A stretch of DNA of 64,000 bases from Phyllobates terribilis (lineage: Eukaryota): the NCBI RefSeq assembly GCF_046119375.1, contig NW_027362770.1:174344001-174408000 (forward strand), read 5' to 3'. The notes under the pieces were generated by a model. It was not told the DNA's origin, did not search any database, and was given only the letters and a program-made list of their open reading frames with translations. Shown here one piece after another: positions 1-11,882 of this stretch (positions are counted from its first letter, which is position 1; each line of letters begins with the position of its first letter). The position numbers were made by a program, and so were the translations under genes.

Positions 1-143
1 CCGATCTTGGCTCCACATTTAATCACCGCTGTGCTGATTGGTCGCCGACGCTGGGCGCGACCAATCACCGATTTTGGCACCACATTTAAATAGCGTCCGC
101 GACCAATCAGTACAGCGGTGTTTAAATGTGGAGCCAAGATCGG
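1..143. repeat. Inverted repeat (palindrome) inside the Helitron-like element
   Basis: CCGATCTTGGCTCCACATTTAA (1-22) is the exact reverse complement of TTAAATGTGGAGCCAAGATCGG (122-143); CCAAT/ATTGG motifs inside also pair. Confidence 0.9.
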
Positions 144-158
144 TGATTTGTTGCGGCT

Positions 159-774
159 GATATTTAAATTTGGCGCCCAAATCGGTGATTGGTCGCGGGC
201 AGCGCCCGCGACCAATGAGCGATTTTTAACACAAATGTCCGGACCTTAGTAACACCATGCGGATACTGTGGGGACATCAGCGGCTAGGGTGTCGAGGGAG
301 GACCGGGGAGCGGCGCTGCGGGTCGGGATACTTCTGCTGCGAGCAGTCGCTCATGTCCCTGGTTCTCGCAGCGGAAGTATCCGCACAGGCAGCGGCGCTC
401 CTCGGTCCTCCCTTCACACCCTAGCCGCTGATCTCCCCACAGTATCCGCATGGTGTTACAAAGGTCCGGACATTTGTGTTAAAAATCGCTGATTGGTCCC
501 TGGCGCTGCCCGCGACCAATCACCAATTTGGGCGCCAAATTTAAATATCGGACGCGACCAATCACCGATCTTGGCTCCAGATTTAAACACCGCTGTGCTG
601 ATTGGTCGAGGCCGATATTTAAATTTGGCGCCCAAAACGGTGATTGGTCGCGGGCAGCGCCAGGGACCAATCAGCGATTTTTAACACAAATGTCCGGACC
701 TTTGTAACACCATGCGGATACTGTGGGGACATCAGCGGCTAGGGTGTGAAGGGAGGACCGGGGAGCGGCGCTGC
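159..774. repeat. Chain of alternating ~160-bp inverted arms (+,-,+)
   Basis: Arm 159-~320 (GATATTTAAATTTGGCGCCC...GGAGCGGCGCTGC) is inverted at ~389-549 and repeated again at 614-774. The near-identical ORFs on opposite strands (479-670 minus, 493-684 plus) reflect this symmetry. Confidence 0.9.
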
Positions 775-983
775 GGGTCGGGATACTTCTGCTGCGAGCG
801 CCCGCTCATGTCCCGGGTTCTCGCAGCGGAAGTATCCGCACAGGCAGCGACGCTGACATCCATGCGGCAAGGGTGTGAAGGGAGGACCGGAGAGCGGCGC
901 TGACATCCAATTGGTCGCGCCCACTATTTAAATGTGCCGCACAAATCGTTGATTGGTCGCGGTCAGTGATTGGTCTTGGCCCG

Positions 984-1117
984 CGACCAATCACTGATCT
1001 TGCGGCTGAAGTTAACCACTACTGTGCTGATTGGTCGCGGCCTAAATTTAAATTTGGCGTCCGCGACCAATCAGCACAGCGGTATTTAACTTTTGCGCTA
1101 AGATCAGTGATTGGTCG
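984..1117. repeat. Palindrome centred on AAATTTAAATTT
   Basis: CGACCAATCACTGATCTT (984-1001) pairs with AAGATCAGTGATTGGTCG (1100-1117); the inner arms CTGTGCTGATTGGTCGCGG and CCGCGACCAATCAGCACAG also pair. Confidence 0.85.
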
Positions 1118-1564
1118 GGTCCGAAGACCGCTTACCAATCATCGAATCGTCTTGGTAAGGACCGGGGAGCGGCGCTGCCTGTGCGGCTACTTCCGCTGCG
1201 AAAACCCGGGACATGAGCGGGCGCTCGCAGCAGAAGTATCCCGACCCGCAGCGCCGCTCCCCGGTCCTCCCTTCCGCATGGATGTCAGCGACGCCGGCGG
1301 TCCTTCCGCAGCTACCGGCCGGGACATGAGCGCATCGCGCCGCTCATCTCCCGGCTGCATCTCCGTCCCGCAGATGGGTCCGGCGGTCGGGGTCCTTCTG
1401 CTGGTACCGGCCGAGAGATGAGCGCCTCGCGGCGCTCATCTCCCGGCTGTAACGCCGCTGAGCTCCGTCCCGCAGATGAGCCGCTAACGGCCGCCATCTT
1501 TTTTCTGAAATCCCGCGGCGCTGTTTGGCCGCTGTCGGACCAATGAGCGACGCGGGATTTCCTG

Positions 1565-1583
1565 GACAGACAGACAGACAGAC
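1565..1583. repeat. (GACA)n microsatellite near the Helitron 5' end
   Basis: GACAGACAGACAGACAGAC read directly. Confidence 0.9.
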
Positions 1584-2620
1584 GGGATAAGACAATTATA
1601 TATATAGATGAATGATCAAAATTTCCATTGTCTTAAGTGTCCATTATTCCACCAGCCCTCCCCTTCCAGAATTTAATAGGTCTTATTGTGAAAGGTCCTG
1701 TGAGGCCCTCCCTGGGAAATAGGGTTACTCGTAGCGGGGGGTGCAGTCGTGGCCAGGACCCGGTCCGTGCCCACGGCGCTCACATAAAAGGGGAATTTAA
1801 TGGGCTTTCAATTAAGAGTGGTATTTTCCGACTACGCCACCTACGGTTTCCGGTGATGGACACCAGCGCTGCTTCAGTTCACTGAGGCCGGTGTTACAGG
1901 CTGCTTAGATGGGATGGCTCCCCGCAGGTGGAGCAGGCCTCAGGGCAGTGTGAGGAAGGATGGTGGGTGCAGTGCCGCGGAGGAAATAACAGGCTGAAGC
2001 GGGGTGTGAAGTCATCCAGGGTTTTTACTCACATTAAGATGAACTTTAGCCGCAAAGCTTCCCTCTGCTCCTCACGGCGTACTGCGGCCACCAGGAAGGG
2101 GGTCCAGCACTTTCCAGGTAGATCGGGAGCACCTGTCGAGACCCCTCTGGTGTGTGTTCCTCTCCTTGGCGAGTTCTCCCACTAAGTCTTCACTTGACTG
2201 TGTGGTTAGAACAAGGTGTAAGGCCGGGTCCCACTGGATGAACGCAGGTAGAGAGGTACAGGTGACGTACGCCGCTCCGTCCGTATCCCTCCTGGGATCC
2301 ACTAAGCCTCCGGGCTTTTCTGACTGAGACGTGAAGTAACAAAGTCAGATATCAGGGGCCGGTCACCCCTCTTGCAGCAGGAGTCCCTCTGACTAGGCCA
2401 GAGTAAGAAATACAGGTGGCGTATGCCGCTCAGTCCGTATCCCCCTGGGATCCTTTTGCCTGTGGAGCCTGTCTCCTCTGCTCCCCTCCAGGCCTTCTTA
2501 GGTAAGGACCTTGACAGGGTAGAGACAGTGGTTAACTCGGACCCGCTCCTCGTCTCAAGGCCAGAGCACGAGGATCGTGTATCTTCAGTCGGATGAGGCC
2601 TATTGCTGGACTCTGGTGGG

Positions 2621-4808
2621 CAGGGCCGGCTCCAGGTTTTTCTGGGCCCTGGGCGAAAGAGTCTCAGTGGGCCCCTTTAATACATGATGCAGAGATACGG
2701 CGGAGAAATATATATATATAGTACAATGCAAAGATTTCACTTCTTACATTACATGAGTGATATCTATTGTAAATTCCACAATAGCTCAGAAACCAGCGAA
2801 TCGCTCCACACAGAATACTGGCCCCCATATAAGGCCCCATACGGAATACTGACCCCCATATAAGACCCCATACGGAATACTGGCCCCCATATAAGGCCCC
2901 ATACAGAATACTGGTCCCCATATAAGGCCCCATACGGAATACTGGCCCCCATATAAGGCCCCATACGGAATACTGGCCCCCATATCAGGCCCCATACGGA
3001 ATACTGGCCCCCATATAAGGCCCCATATGGAATACTGGCCCCCATATAAGGCGCCATACAGAATACTGGCCCCCATATAACGCTCCATACAGGATACTGG
3101 TCCCCTTATAAAGCTCCATACAGGATACTGGCCCCCATATAACGCTCCATAGCGGATACTGGTCCCCTTATAAAGCTCCATACAGGATACTGGCCCCCAT
3201 ATAACGCTCCATACAGGATACTGGCCCCCATATAACGCTCCATACAGGATACTGGTCCCCATATAATGCTCCATACAGGATACTGGCCCCCATATAATGC
3301 TGCATGCAGGCTGTTACCCCCCACATAATGCCCCATACAGGCTGTCCCCCCCTTATAATGCTCCATGCAGGTTGTTACCCCCCACATAATGCCCCATACA
3401 GGCTGTCCCCCCCCTTATAATGCTCCATGCAGGCTGTTCCCCCCACATAATGCACTATGCAGGCCGCCCCCCCCCCCTTATAATGCTCCATGCAGGCTGT
3501 TCCCCACCTTATAATGCCCCATGCAGGATGTCACCCCCCTCTCTTTATAATGCCCCATGCAGGATGTCACCCCCCCCTTTTTATAATGCCCCATGCAGGA
3601 TGTCACCCCTTCTCTTTATAATGCCCCATGCAGGATGTCACCCCCCCTCTCTTTATAATGCCCCATGCAGGATGTCACCCCCCTCTCTTTATAATGCCCC
3701 ATGCAGGATGTCACCCCCCCCTCTCTTTATAATGCCCCATGCAGTCTGTCACCCCCCCTCTCTTTATAATGCCCCATGCAGGATGTCACCCCCCCTCTCT
3801 TTATAATGCCCCATGCAGTCTGTCACCCCCCCCTCTCTTTATAATGCCCCATGCAAGATGTCACCCCCCATATTATGACCCATGCCACCCCCCTCTCTTT
3901 ATAATGCCCCATGCAGGATGTCACCCCCCCTCTTTATAATGCCCCATGCAGGATGTCACCCCCTCATAGTATGCCCCATGCCATCCCCCTCTCTTTATAA
4001 TGCCCCATGCAGTCTGTCACCCCCCCTCTCTTTATAATGCCCCATGCAAGATGTCACCCCCCCATATTATGCCCCATGCCACCCCCCCTCTCTTTATAAT
4101 GCCCCATGCAGGATGTCACCCCCCTCTCTTTATAATTCCCCATGCAGTCTGTCACCCCCCCTCTCTTTATAATGCCCCATGCAGGATGTCACTCCCCCTC
4201 TCTTTATAATGCCCCATGCAGGATGTCACCCCCCCTCTCTTTATAATGCCCCATGCAGTCTGTCACCCCCCCTCTCTTTATAATGCCCTATGCAAGATGT
4301 CACCCCCCCATATTATGCCCCATGCAGGATGTCACTCCCCCCATATTATGCCCCATGGAGGATGTCACCCCCCCCACATTATGCCCCATGGAGGATGTCA
4401 CCCCCCCCCATATTATGCCCCATGCAGGATGTCAACCCCCCTCCATATTATGCCCCGTGCCTCCATACATAAAAAAAAAATCAAAAACTCACCTCCCTCC
4501 TCCTCACCTGCTGCCTACTGCTCTGGTCCGGACTCCAGCGTTGCCGGCGTCGTCCCGCTCTGTGCTCCTTGTGACGGCTCAGGGGAGGGCGCGGGAGCGC
4601 ACAGCTGGAAGACACAAGATCTGCGGAGGCACGGGGAGAGGTAAGTATCTGGCTGCCGGGGCCCTGAGCAAGCGGCGGAGAAGGGCGGGCTCTGACACCG
4701 CTCTCCTCCGCCCATAGCCCAGGGGGGTGCGCGACCGCCAGTGGGCCCCCCTGCCTGCTCAGGGCCCCGGCACTTGCCCGGGTGCGCCGGGTGCTGACAC
4801 CGGCCCTG
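2621..4808. mobile_element. Non-autonomous hAT-superfamily DNA transposon (MITE-like) carrying a minisatellite
   Basis: Terminal inverted repeats CAGGGCCGG (2621-2629) and CCGGCCCTG (4800-4808), with a perfect 8-bp TSD CTGGTGGG at 2613-2620 and 4809-4816. An 8-bp TSD with CAG...CTG termini is typical of hAT elements. No transposase ORF. Confidence 0.9.
2813..4455. repeat. 31-37-bp minisatellite with a gradually changing unit, inside the hAT MITE
   Basis: Unit GAATACTGGCCCCCATATAAGGCCCCATACG (31 bp) at the left end grades into GGATGTCACCCCCCTCTCTTTATAATGCCCCATGCA (~36 bp) at the right end. Confidence 0.9.
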
Positions 4809-5620
4809 CTGGTGGGTAACCACGATCAGAGACGGAGACCACAATCACAGATGAAGATCACAATCAAAGACCTTGAACCTAAGATGGCCGTAGATTAAAT
4901 ATGAATTAGTGAGTGTTACCTAAAAGTGTGCTCTCCACCCTCACCCACTACATGGTTCCCCCTATCTTTGGTTCCCCCCATCTCCTCTATCCCGGGCGGG
5001 GGGAGCACCCTGGTGCATTTAGGCCCCCTACAGGACAGGAGTGGTGTAGTGTTGAATGGTGAAGTAGGGTCCTGTGAGATGCTCCATCCTTACCTGGAAG
5101 AGGAGATACCACACCTCTACTGTGGTGCAGTACCCCTGTGGCGACTGAACCCTCAGGGGCGCCAGAGTCCATTGTACGGGACGTTTCCCAGACTTTCTTA
5201 CTTCTACATGATGAGCACAAGACTGACATTACAATCACATTTAATTAGATTTTTGGAATTGATTCTTCTAATATAATGGTATAATATAGGGCAATAGTTC
5301 TGAAGATCCTTTATGAGTATACCGCCAGATATCTACTCCAGAGTCTGCAATTTCCCGGCACGTGCAGGAACTTGGCCCGAGTGCGGCTCCCAGGTTTAAT
5401 GTTGGCCGCTGTCGTCCTGTATGTGTCCTGGCTTATGGCTCAGCCTGACATGTACTCGCTAAATGAATAAATGCTAATATGATTCAACCTGCATTATTCA
5501 TTCAACAATTGATTTATGCAGCAATTCAATTAGGCGGCGAGATTCACTGTGCCCAGAACTGCCTGCGTCTGAGGGAAGAAAAGAAAAGTCCGCTCACATC
5601 TAATGGACGTCTATGGGATC

Positions 5621-6042
5621 TGTTATGATCTGCTACAAGCTCTAAGGAAAGAAAGGAGATCTGTCCCTACAATAGAACTAAGCTAGATCCCTACGATGTA
5701 ACGGGGAACCTGATCCTGCGATCAGACCCGCTAAAGTCCTCGGCTAGTCTGTACGAAGACCTATAGATGCAAGGGAGGGATCCCTACAAGAACTAGGGAC
5801 TGGGATAAAGTTGGACACCTCCTAGCAGAGATTGTAGCAGTAAAAGACAAACACACAACATAGAACATAAAGGTCCGAAGACCTAGTTAAACTGACTGAG
5901 AAAGGTAACAAAGCACCAGGCTAGCTTAAGAGTAGAAATTACAATGAAGTCCAGCAAGGCCAGGAGGGCGGAGCAGGATTAAATAGGCAAACAAGGTCAT
6001 GTGACCAGCAAGATAGAAAAACCTAACAGGAGAGTTCTAACA
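5621..6042. mobile_element. Solo LTR, family A copy 1 (422 bp)
   Basis: TGTTA...TAACA termini and a 5-bp TSD GGATC at 5616-5620 and 6043-6047; homologous to 21853-22273. The superfamily (BEL/Pao, Gypsy or Copia) cannot be resolved without a library search. Confidence 0.85.
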
Positions 6043-6079
6043 GGATCAGCACTGGATAAATAGCAATGACTAGGGTCAA

Positions 6080-6446
6080 TGTCAAGTGTCCTTCCTTATG
6101 TCCTCCCTTACTTCCCACTGTTACACACCTGTCCTCGGTTAGTGCTCTGCTCCCCTCACCCCGGTCCAATGTACTCTGTTGTGCTTCATGTCGGGCTTCT
6201 TAAGTGGCCTAGTGTGCTCCCAGGTGATGATCTACCTAGTCCTATATAAGGCCACCAAGAGACACACCTGTGTCTGGTATTAGGAATCTGAATGACACCT
6301 CTACCTGCTCCACACCTGTTTCCCTGTGTCCTGTCTGCCTGCCGCCTCCGCTGCTTCTACTCCTTGTTTCCTGCTTGCCTTATCCACCTGCTGCACCGAC
6401 GCCTGTGTGCCCATCAGATCCTGGGGCGTAGAGGATCCACCTCACA
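6080..6446 (+). mobile_element. LTR-like fragment
   Basis: TGTCA start, CCTATATAAG TATA-like box, C/T-rich U5-like tail ending CCTCACA; no matching TSD. Confidence 0.25.
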
Positions 6447-6459
6447 AGGAAAGCAAAAA

Positions 6460-7170
6460 CACCTTCATTCTTTCCTTTCTTCATTCCTTCTTTCCTTTCT
6501 TCATTCCTTCTTTCTTTCCTTCATACTTTTTTCTTCCTTCCTTCCCACCACCTATTCATCCTTCCCACCTCCTACTGTTTTGCTTCTTTTCTTTCATCCT
6601 TCTTTCATTCCCTGTCGATGGATTTTACTATTAATTATTTGGCCTTCCTTTTCTCCCTGCTTCTCTTGTCTTTCCTGTCACATCTTCCTTTCTCCCTTGT
6701 TCACCCCTTCTTTTCGTATCCTATCTCCGGTAATCTTCTCTCTCCTTCCTTCTCTTTCCTCCACGCCTTCCTTCCTTCCTACTTTTATCGCTCCTCTTCT
6801 CCCTATCTTTCTTACCACATCTCCCTCTGCTTCTCCTTTGATTCCTCACCCTGCTTTCCTTCTATTCTTTTTCCATCTTTCCTTACCCTTCTTCCTCTCC
6901 TTCTCTTACTTCATTTCTTCCCTTTCTCACTCTCATCTACATTAATTCCCTCTCTTTTCATAGCTTCCTGCCTTACCTCCCTCTTCCTTAACCTTCCCTC
7001 TTCCCTTCACTTTTCTTTCTTTTTTTCTTCACTCCTCTTTCTTTCTTTCTTTTTTCTTTCTTTTTATCTTTCTTTTTTCTCTTTCTTTCTCTCTCTCTCT
7101 TTCTTTCTTTTTTCTTCACTTCCCCCTCAAAATCTTTTCGATCCTTTCCTCCTTCTTTTCCCTCCCTTTC
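6460..7170. repeat. Polypyrimidine/polypurine low-complexity tract (TTCC/TTTC/CTT)
   Basis: About 700 bp almost entirely C/T on the plus strand; source of the spurious Phe/Ser/Leu-rich ORFs. Confidence 0.9.
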
Positions 7171-7284
7171 TGCTAACCAGCATATTACACAGTACATCAG
7201 GTATATTATTTTCCTTGAAAGGGGCACTGTAATTGCAAACGATCTTGCAGACATCCGTACAACAGAGTATGAGCACTGTTATAA

Positions 7285-7383
7285 GAGAGCTGTCTGTGGG
7301 TAGTAGGGCAATAAGGGAGCTGTGCTTGGGTAGTAGGGCTAAGAGAGATGTCCCTGGGTAGTGGGGCTAAGAGAGCTGTCCTA
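7285..7383. repeat. Short ~28-31-bp tandem repeat (~3.5 copies)
   Basis: GAGAGCTGTC..TGGGTAGTAGGGCTAA recurs three times plus a partial copy. Confidence 0.7.
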
Positions 7384-8257
7384 ATCTTAGAAAATTATGA
7401 GATTCCCAACTTTTACTATTTCTTCGCCCCTGATAGTCCCATGCGGTAGATATTACTTTCATCTTTACTATCACTAGTTTATCTTTTCATAGATAGGAGA
7501 CATGTCATAGATATTGTCAACTATTTGGCCGATATCCATTTGGCGGACCTCGGCCATCGCCTAGCGACGCAAAATCATGCTTTGCGTTCAGCATTTCATC
7601 ACGTTTATGAAAATATGACTTTCCTATCTATTATATCAATGCAATTCATAAAGCCTCACTTCATAATTTCTATAAGGTAGACAAAGGATTTAACATTTTC
7701 TTTTTAGCTTGGGCTCTTATCTCTACCGGTCGTAAATCTGCTTTTGTCTACATTCTTGTGCATTCAAGCTAAGATTGCCCTCACATCTGCTAGCCATTAG
7801 GATTTTCCTTAATTACCTGTTTCCAAAGGAGGGGGTCAGCTGCATAGGGGTCACTGCTTCAAAGGTTCTTTTGATTTGTTTTTCTCCCTCTAGCTGTAAC
7901 TAGTTTCCTCTTTTTCCCATATGTTCAATGTGACGTCCTACTTCAAAATGAGTTTGAATTGTCAGCTTTTTTTCCCTTATGGAGAGTCCTTATGGATTGA
8001 AATTTTTCTATGACAACCATAAATCCAAAAGACAAGAGGAAATATGGCAGCATTTACTCCATAGATAGGGCAGGTATTAAAATTTTAATAAAGTTGTCCA
8101 TTTTGGACAACCTCTTATAGTTAGGAGGGTCCCCAAATGATAACCAGATAACAATGTATCAGCAATCAGCTGTAAAGTGTGATGGAACCTGAAAGTAAGT
8201 GTTCCATTTCTCTATAGCACCTCCGCAGGAGAAAGGAAGTATTAAATAATTACTAAT

Positions 8258-10204
8258 TGTAACATCCCTGGCGGTGTGCTGGCATGGCTTACCACCTCCC
8301 ACCATGCAAGACCGCCATCTTACCTATCAATCCAGGCTGCACACTTTGCTCCAGTACCTGCTGTGTCTCTTGTCTGATTGCTTAGGGCGGCGGCGCGGCT
8401 ACTGCCTGATTCTTATAGTTAATGTGTGCGCACTCCTAATGCCTCCCCAGCTTATTGCTGTGAGCCACTGGATACTTAAACCCCCTCCACCCAGTAGGGG
8501 GTGCCTGAGCTACACTTTCATTCAGTGTGTTCTGTGCAACTGAGTTGCCAGGTCCTGTCCTGTATCCTGTCTGTTTCAGCCACCCTGGGGGCTGTATACC
8601 CAGGCCTGTTGCCTGTATCTGTGACTTCTCATCTGTTCTGCCACCCTGGTGGCTGTATACCCAGGCCTGTTGCCTGTATCTGTGACTTCTAATCTGTTTC
8701 CGCCACCCTGGGGGCTGAGTTCCCAGGCTCGTTCCTGTATCTTGTTCCTGGTTCAGTTCCTGTCTGAACAGTGTCCTAGCCCGTTACCTGTTTGTCTCTA
8801 TGTCCGAACCTTCCCTTTTCCTGCAGTGTCTGAACCTGCACCTAACTCCAACTCGTTGTCTCTGTACTTCTGTTTGTTAGTTTTGTGTCCACTCTCTGCT
8901 TCATTGTAAGTACCTTGTGTGTATCTGGTTCTGCTTGTTCTGTTTCCCTGCCTCCGTATCTACCTCCTGTGCTCTAACTATCTTCCTGTATTTTCCAGTC
9001 TGTTCCATGTGAACAGAGCCCTGTCCTGTCTGCCTGCACCTTCTGCTCTGCTCTTCTTGTTCACCGCACCTGTGGTTCCGCTCTGCTCTGCTTGTTCACC
9101 GCACCTGCGGTTCCGCTCTGCTCTGCTTGTTCACCACACCTGCGATTTCGCTCCGCTCTGCTTGTTCACCACACCTGCAGTCTTGTTCTGCTCTGCTCTG
9201 CTTGTTCACCGCACCTGCGGTTCCGCTCTGCTCTGCTTGTTCACCGCACCTGCGGTTCTGCTCTGCTCTGCTTGTTCACCGCACCTGTGGTTCCGCTCTG
9301 CTCTGCTTGTTCACCGCACCTGCGGTTCCGCTCTGTTCTGCTTGTTCACCACACCTGCGGTTCCGCTCTGCTCTACTTGTTCACTGCACCTGCGGTTCCG
9401 CTCTGCTTGTTCACCACACCTGCGGTTCCGCTCCGCTCTGCTTGTTCACCACACCTGCGGTTCCACTCCGCTCTGCTTGTTCACCGCACCTGCGGTTTTG
9501 CTCCGCACTGCTTGTTCACGACACCTGCGGTTTTGCACCACTCTGCTTGTTCACCGCACCTGCGGTTTCGCTCTGCTCTGCTTGTTCACCGAACCGGCAG
9601 TTTCTCTCTGCTCTGCTTGTTCACCGCATTGGTGGTTTCGCTCTGCTCTGCTTGTTCACCGCATCTGCGGTTTCGCTCTGCTCTGCTGTCCACCGCACCT
9701 GCGGTTTCACTCTGCTCTGCCCCGCTTGTCCTCCACGCCTGCGGTTCTGCTCTGCAAGTCCACCGCACCTGTGGCTCCATTCCTGTGTCCCAGTCTGTAC
9801 TGGTCCCTATCCTGCCTGCGTTCCTACCTGCCAGTACCCGCCTGTCTGCATGCCAGCCGTGCCGGCCAGTGCCCACCTATCTGCATACCAGCCGTGCCTG
9901 CCAATACCCACCTGTCTTCATACCGGCCGCGCCTGCCAGTACCCACCTGTCTGTATGCCAGCCTAACCTGCCGGTTCCGGCATTCCCCGGTGTGGGTCAA
10001 CAGCTGTGACCGGGGTCTGACCTTGAGTAGCACCTGGTCCCTCTGCTCAGTTCCTCCCTGGTTCACAGAGTCGACTGAGCCGCCGTGTGACCTTGGTCGG
10101 ACCGAGTTGATACTTAGTTACGCCCCTCCAGGCACTCCTCGGTTCATGGCCCAGTGGGATCACTAATCAAGCTCACGCCAGTCAATCCGGGCGTGAGCGT
10201 AACA
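8258..10204 (+). mobile_element. Solo LTR, family B copy 1 (1947 bp) with internal minisatellites
   Basis: TGTAACA...CGTAACA termini and a 5-bp TSD CTAAT at 8253-8257 and 10205-10209; homologous in inverted orientation to 17214-20328. Strand is given relative to copy 2. Confidence 0.85.
9035..9775. repeat. 35-bp minisatellite in LTR B1 (~20 units)
   Basis: Unit CGCACCTGCGGTTCCGCTCTGCTCTGCTTGTTCAC. A second ~35-bp repeat (CCAGCCGTGCCTGCCAGTACCCACCTGTCTGCATG, ~4 units) follows at ~9830-9960. Confidence 0.9.
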
Positions 10205-11857
10205 CTAATATATCAGTTTGGTGATAAGTTTATAAGCCTGTGTCTTATATAACTCGCTGCCAATGATTAGTCAATAAAACTAATATTGGTTTGGTGACAA
10301 ATAGACAATGCTGGATTTAATGTGATATATTGTTAAAGAATAAAATATAAAACAGATTCTGATTTGGAGACAAATAGTAATATAAAGCTTGGCATGATCT
10401 AATTTATAACCTGCCAACATTGGCGGCTAGTCTGAAAACGTATTATGGTTTGCGGACAAGTATACAAGACTGTCAATTTTTTTTACTGGTGTAAAGATGC
10501 AGTTACTCTGATCGATTGTGGCTGTTTAATTACCTGTTTAGACAGATCAACTGCATATCTATCCTCGCAGAATGATAATTGTCATAGAAAAATTGAAAAT
10601 CTTTTCTTCTCCTCTGTCATCGATATTAAGAGAATATTAACCATTTCTCCCAAGCCCCTCTCACCTCTCCCTTATCCACCTTTTGTCACAAAACAAGAGC
10701 TAACAATCAGCGATTTGACAGTACAAGAGCTGTCTCCATGTAAATCTCAGCACAAAAACCCAATTAACACACTCATGAGTAAGGCCTTGTAAACAAATGC
10801 TGGCAAGATAGGTGCCACCAGCCTACTGAAAATGCGAGTGATTTCCCCTGGCAGCGGCAATGGACAATTAGACGCAGGCTTGCGATAAATCTACAGATAA
10901 CTCTTGAAATCTCATTCCCAGGACTTCAAAGGGAGTTTAAACAAAGTCTCCAGACTCTTGGGCACCGACACAAATATTGAATATTGTAAGTTCCATAACT
11001 CTGCTAATAATGGGACTCATATTTTTAGTGGCAGGGTCAGCCAAGGAACAAGATGCTTATTTTTTCGTAGCCGTAAGCTCCTCCAGGGAGCTGTAGCGCA
11101 AGATCACCAGAATAACATATCGAAGACATGCCATTTGTGGTCTCTAAACGAAGGTAAAATCATAACAGAAAATATGACGTAGTTTGCAAGCTTCTGCGAT
11201 CAACGAGCTATAAGTTATCGCAGAAGTTAGCATTTTTAATAAAAACATGAAGGGTGGAGCCTAGCCCCTGTTATGTCAGCACAGGGGTGTGTGGGCAGGT
11301 CTCTCCCTTCATCATAAAATAGTCTGCTGAGGTTGGAGTAGCATTCATTGCGGGAGTATATAGTAATTATATGCAACGGATCTTGTTCGATAACAGTCAA
11401 ATCAGAGGAGAGCTATATTGAATCGTCTCAGTGATCGTATAGTAAGTTTCTGCTTTAATCCTTATTATTTTGTGTAACTGCTTATGTATTGTATTGTCTC
11501 CTTTTGTAAAATCTTTTGTATATTTTTCTTAAACACTGCCTCCCTTTTGGATTAAATATAAAATTTAATAGTTCTATTTCTTTTGTCCTGTAATCGTTAC
11601 TTTCCCTGAAGCCATATACGCTACCAGAAAACAGGCGTCTGGCCAGGTCTGTATTATATTTCAAACTCGGCCAGTGCTGGCAGTGAATAATATTAATAAT
11701 CGGGCTATCGTGAAGCTGACAGTAACCATACGGAGGGTGTAAATACATATTCCACGCGTTGGAATCCAGAGGTGTGACGCCATACGCTCACTGGTCGCAT
11801 GCCGTTACCTCCATAGTGAGCAGTGGGGACCGTGTGCTCGTGGATCCCTGATGAAAT

Positions 11858-11882
11858 CCTGACAGTGGCGGCACGGTGAGAT
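11858..11882 (+). other. Possible LTR 3' end (...CCTGACA) followed by a degenerate tRNA-Leu-like primer-binding site
   Basis: CCTGACA-G-TGGCGGCACGGTGAGAT compared with the tRNA-Leu(AAG)-type PBS TGGTGGCAGCGGTGGGAT, recalled from memory: 2 substitutions and 1 gap. No gag ORF follows and the LTR 5' end was not located. Confidence 0.25.

Larger units (their letters stand above)
1..1608 (-). mobile_element. Non-autonomous Helitron-like element, 5' portion (runs off the window start)
   Basis: The minus strand from 1609 reads A|TCTATATATATAATTGTCTTATCCCGTCTGTCTGTCTGTCTGTCC: host A, a 5'-TC terminus, a TA-rich leader and a (CTGT)n microsatellite. This is the usual 5' architecture of animal non-autonomous Helitrons. 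The 3' CTRR end and hairpin would lie left of the window and cannot be seen. Confidence 0.6.
1730..5166. mobile_element. Probable decayed solo LTR (~1.25 kb), split by the hAT MITE
   Basis: Ends CGTAGCGGGG (1730) and GGGGCGCCAGA (5166) each differ by one base from TGTAGCG...CGCCACA inverted LTR termini. Sequence is continuous across the MITE TSD. No TSD was found for this element, so the boundaries are tentative. Confidence 0.35.

Noticed and set aside
268-1595. GC-rich ORFs and CpG-island appearance suggesting a gene promoter or first exon
   Set aside because: Explained by the palindromic Helitron-like element; mirror-image ORFs on both strands come from the inverted repeats.
2664-4717. Gly/Tyr/Pro-rich and Pro/Cys/His-rich ORFs resembling keratin-associated proteins
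   Set aside because: Translations of the minisatellite inside the TSD-flanked hAT MITE.
6292-7254. Hydrophobic Phe/Leu/Ser ORFs resembling membrane proteins
   Set aside because: Artefact of the polypyrimidine low-complexity tract.
8093-8111. GTTGTCCA-TTT-TGGACAAC hairpin
   Set aside because: Probably the collapsed termini of a small MITE; too short to support a call.
8919-10166. Overlapping 279-415-aa ORFs
   Set aside because: Open in all three plus frames because the minisatellite lacks stop codons; no domain similarity.
10210-10440. TTTGG(T/A)GACAAAT motif recurring here, at ~12177 and at ~35550-35700
   Set aside because: Short, degenerate and AT-rich; cannot be distinguished from chance or a very old repeat without alignment statistics.
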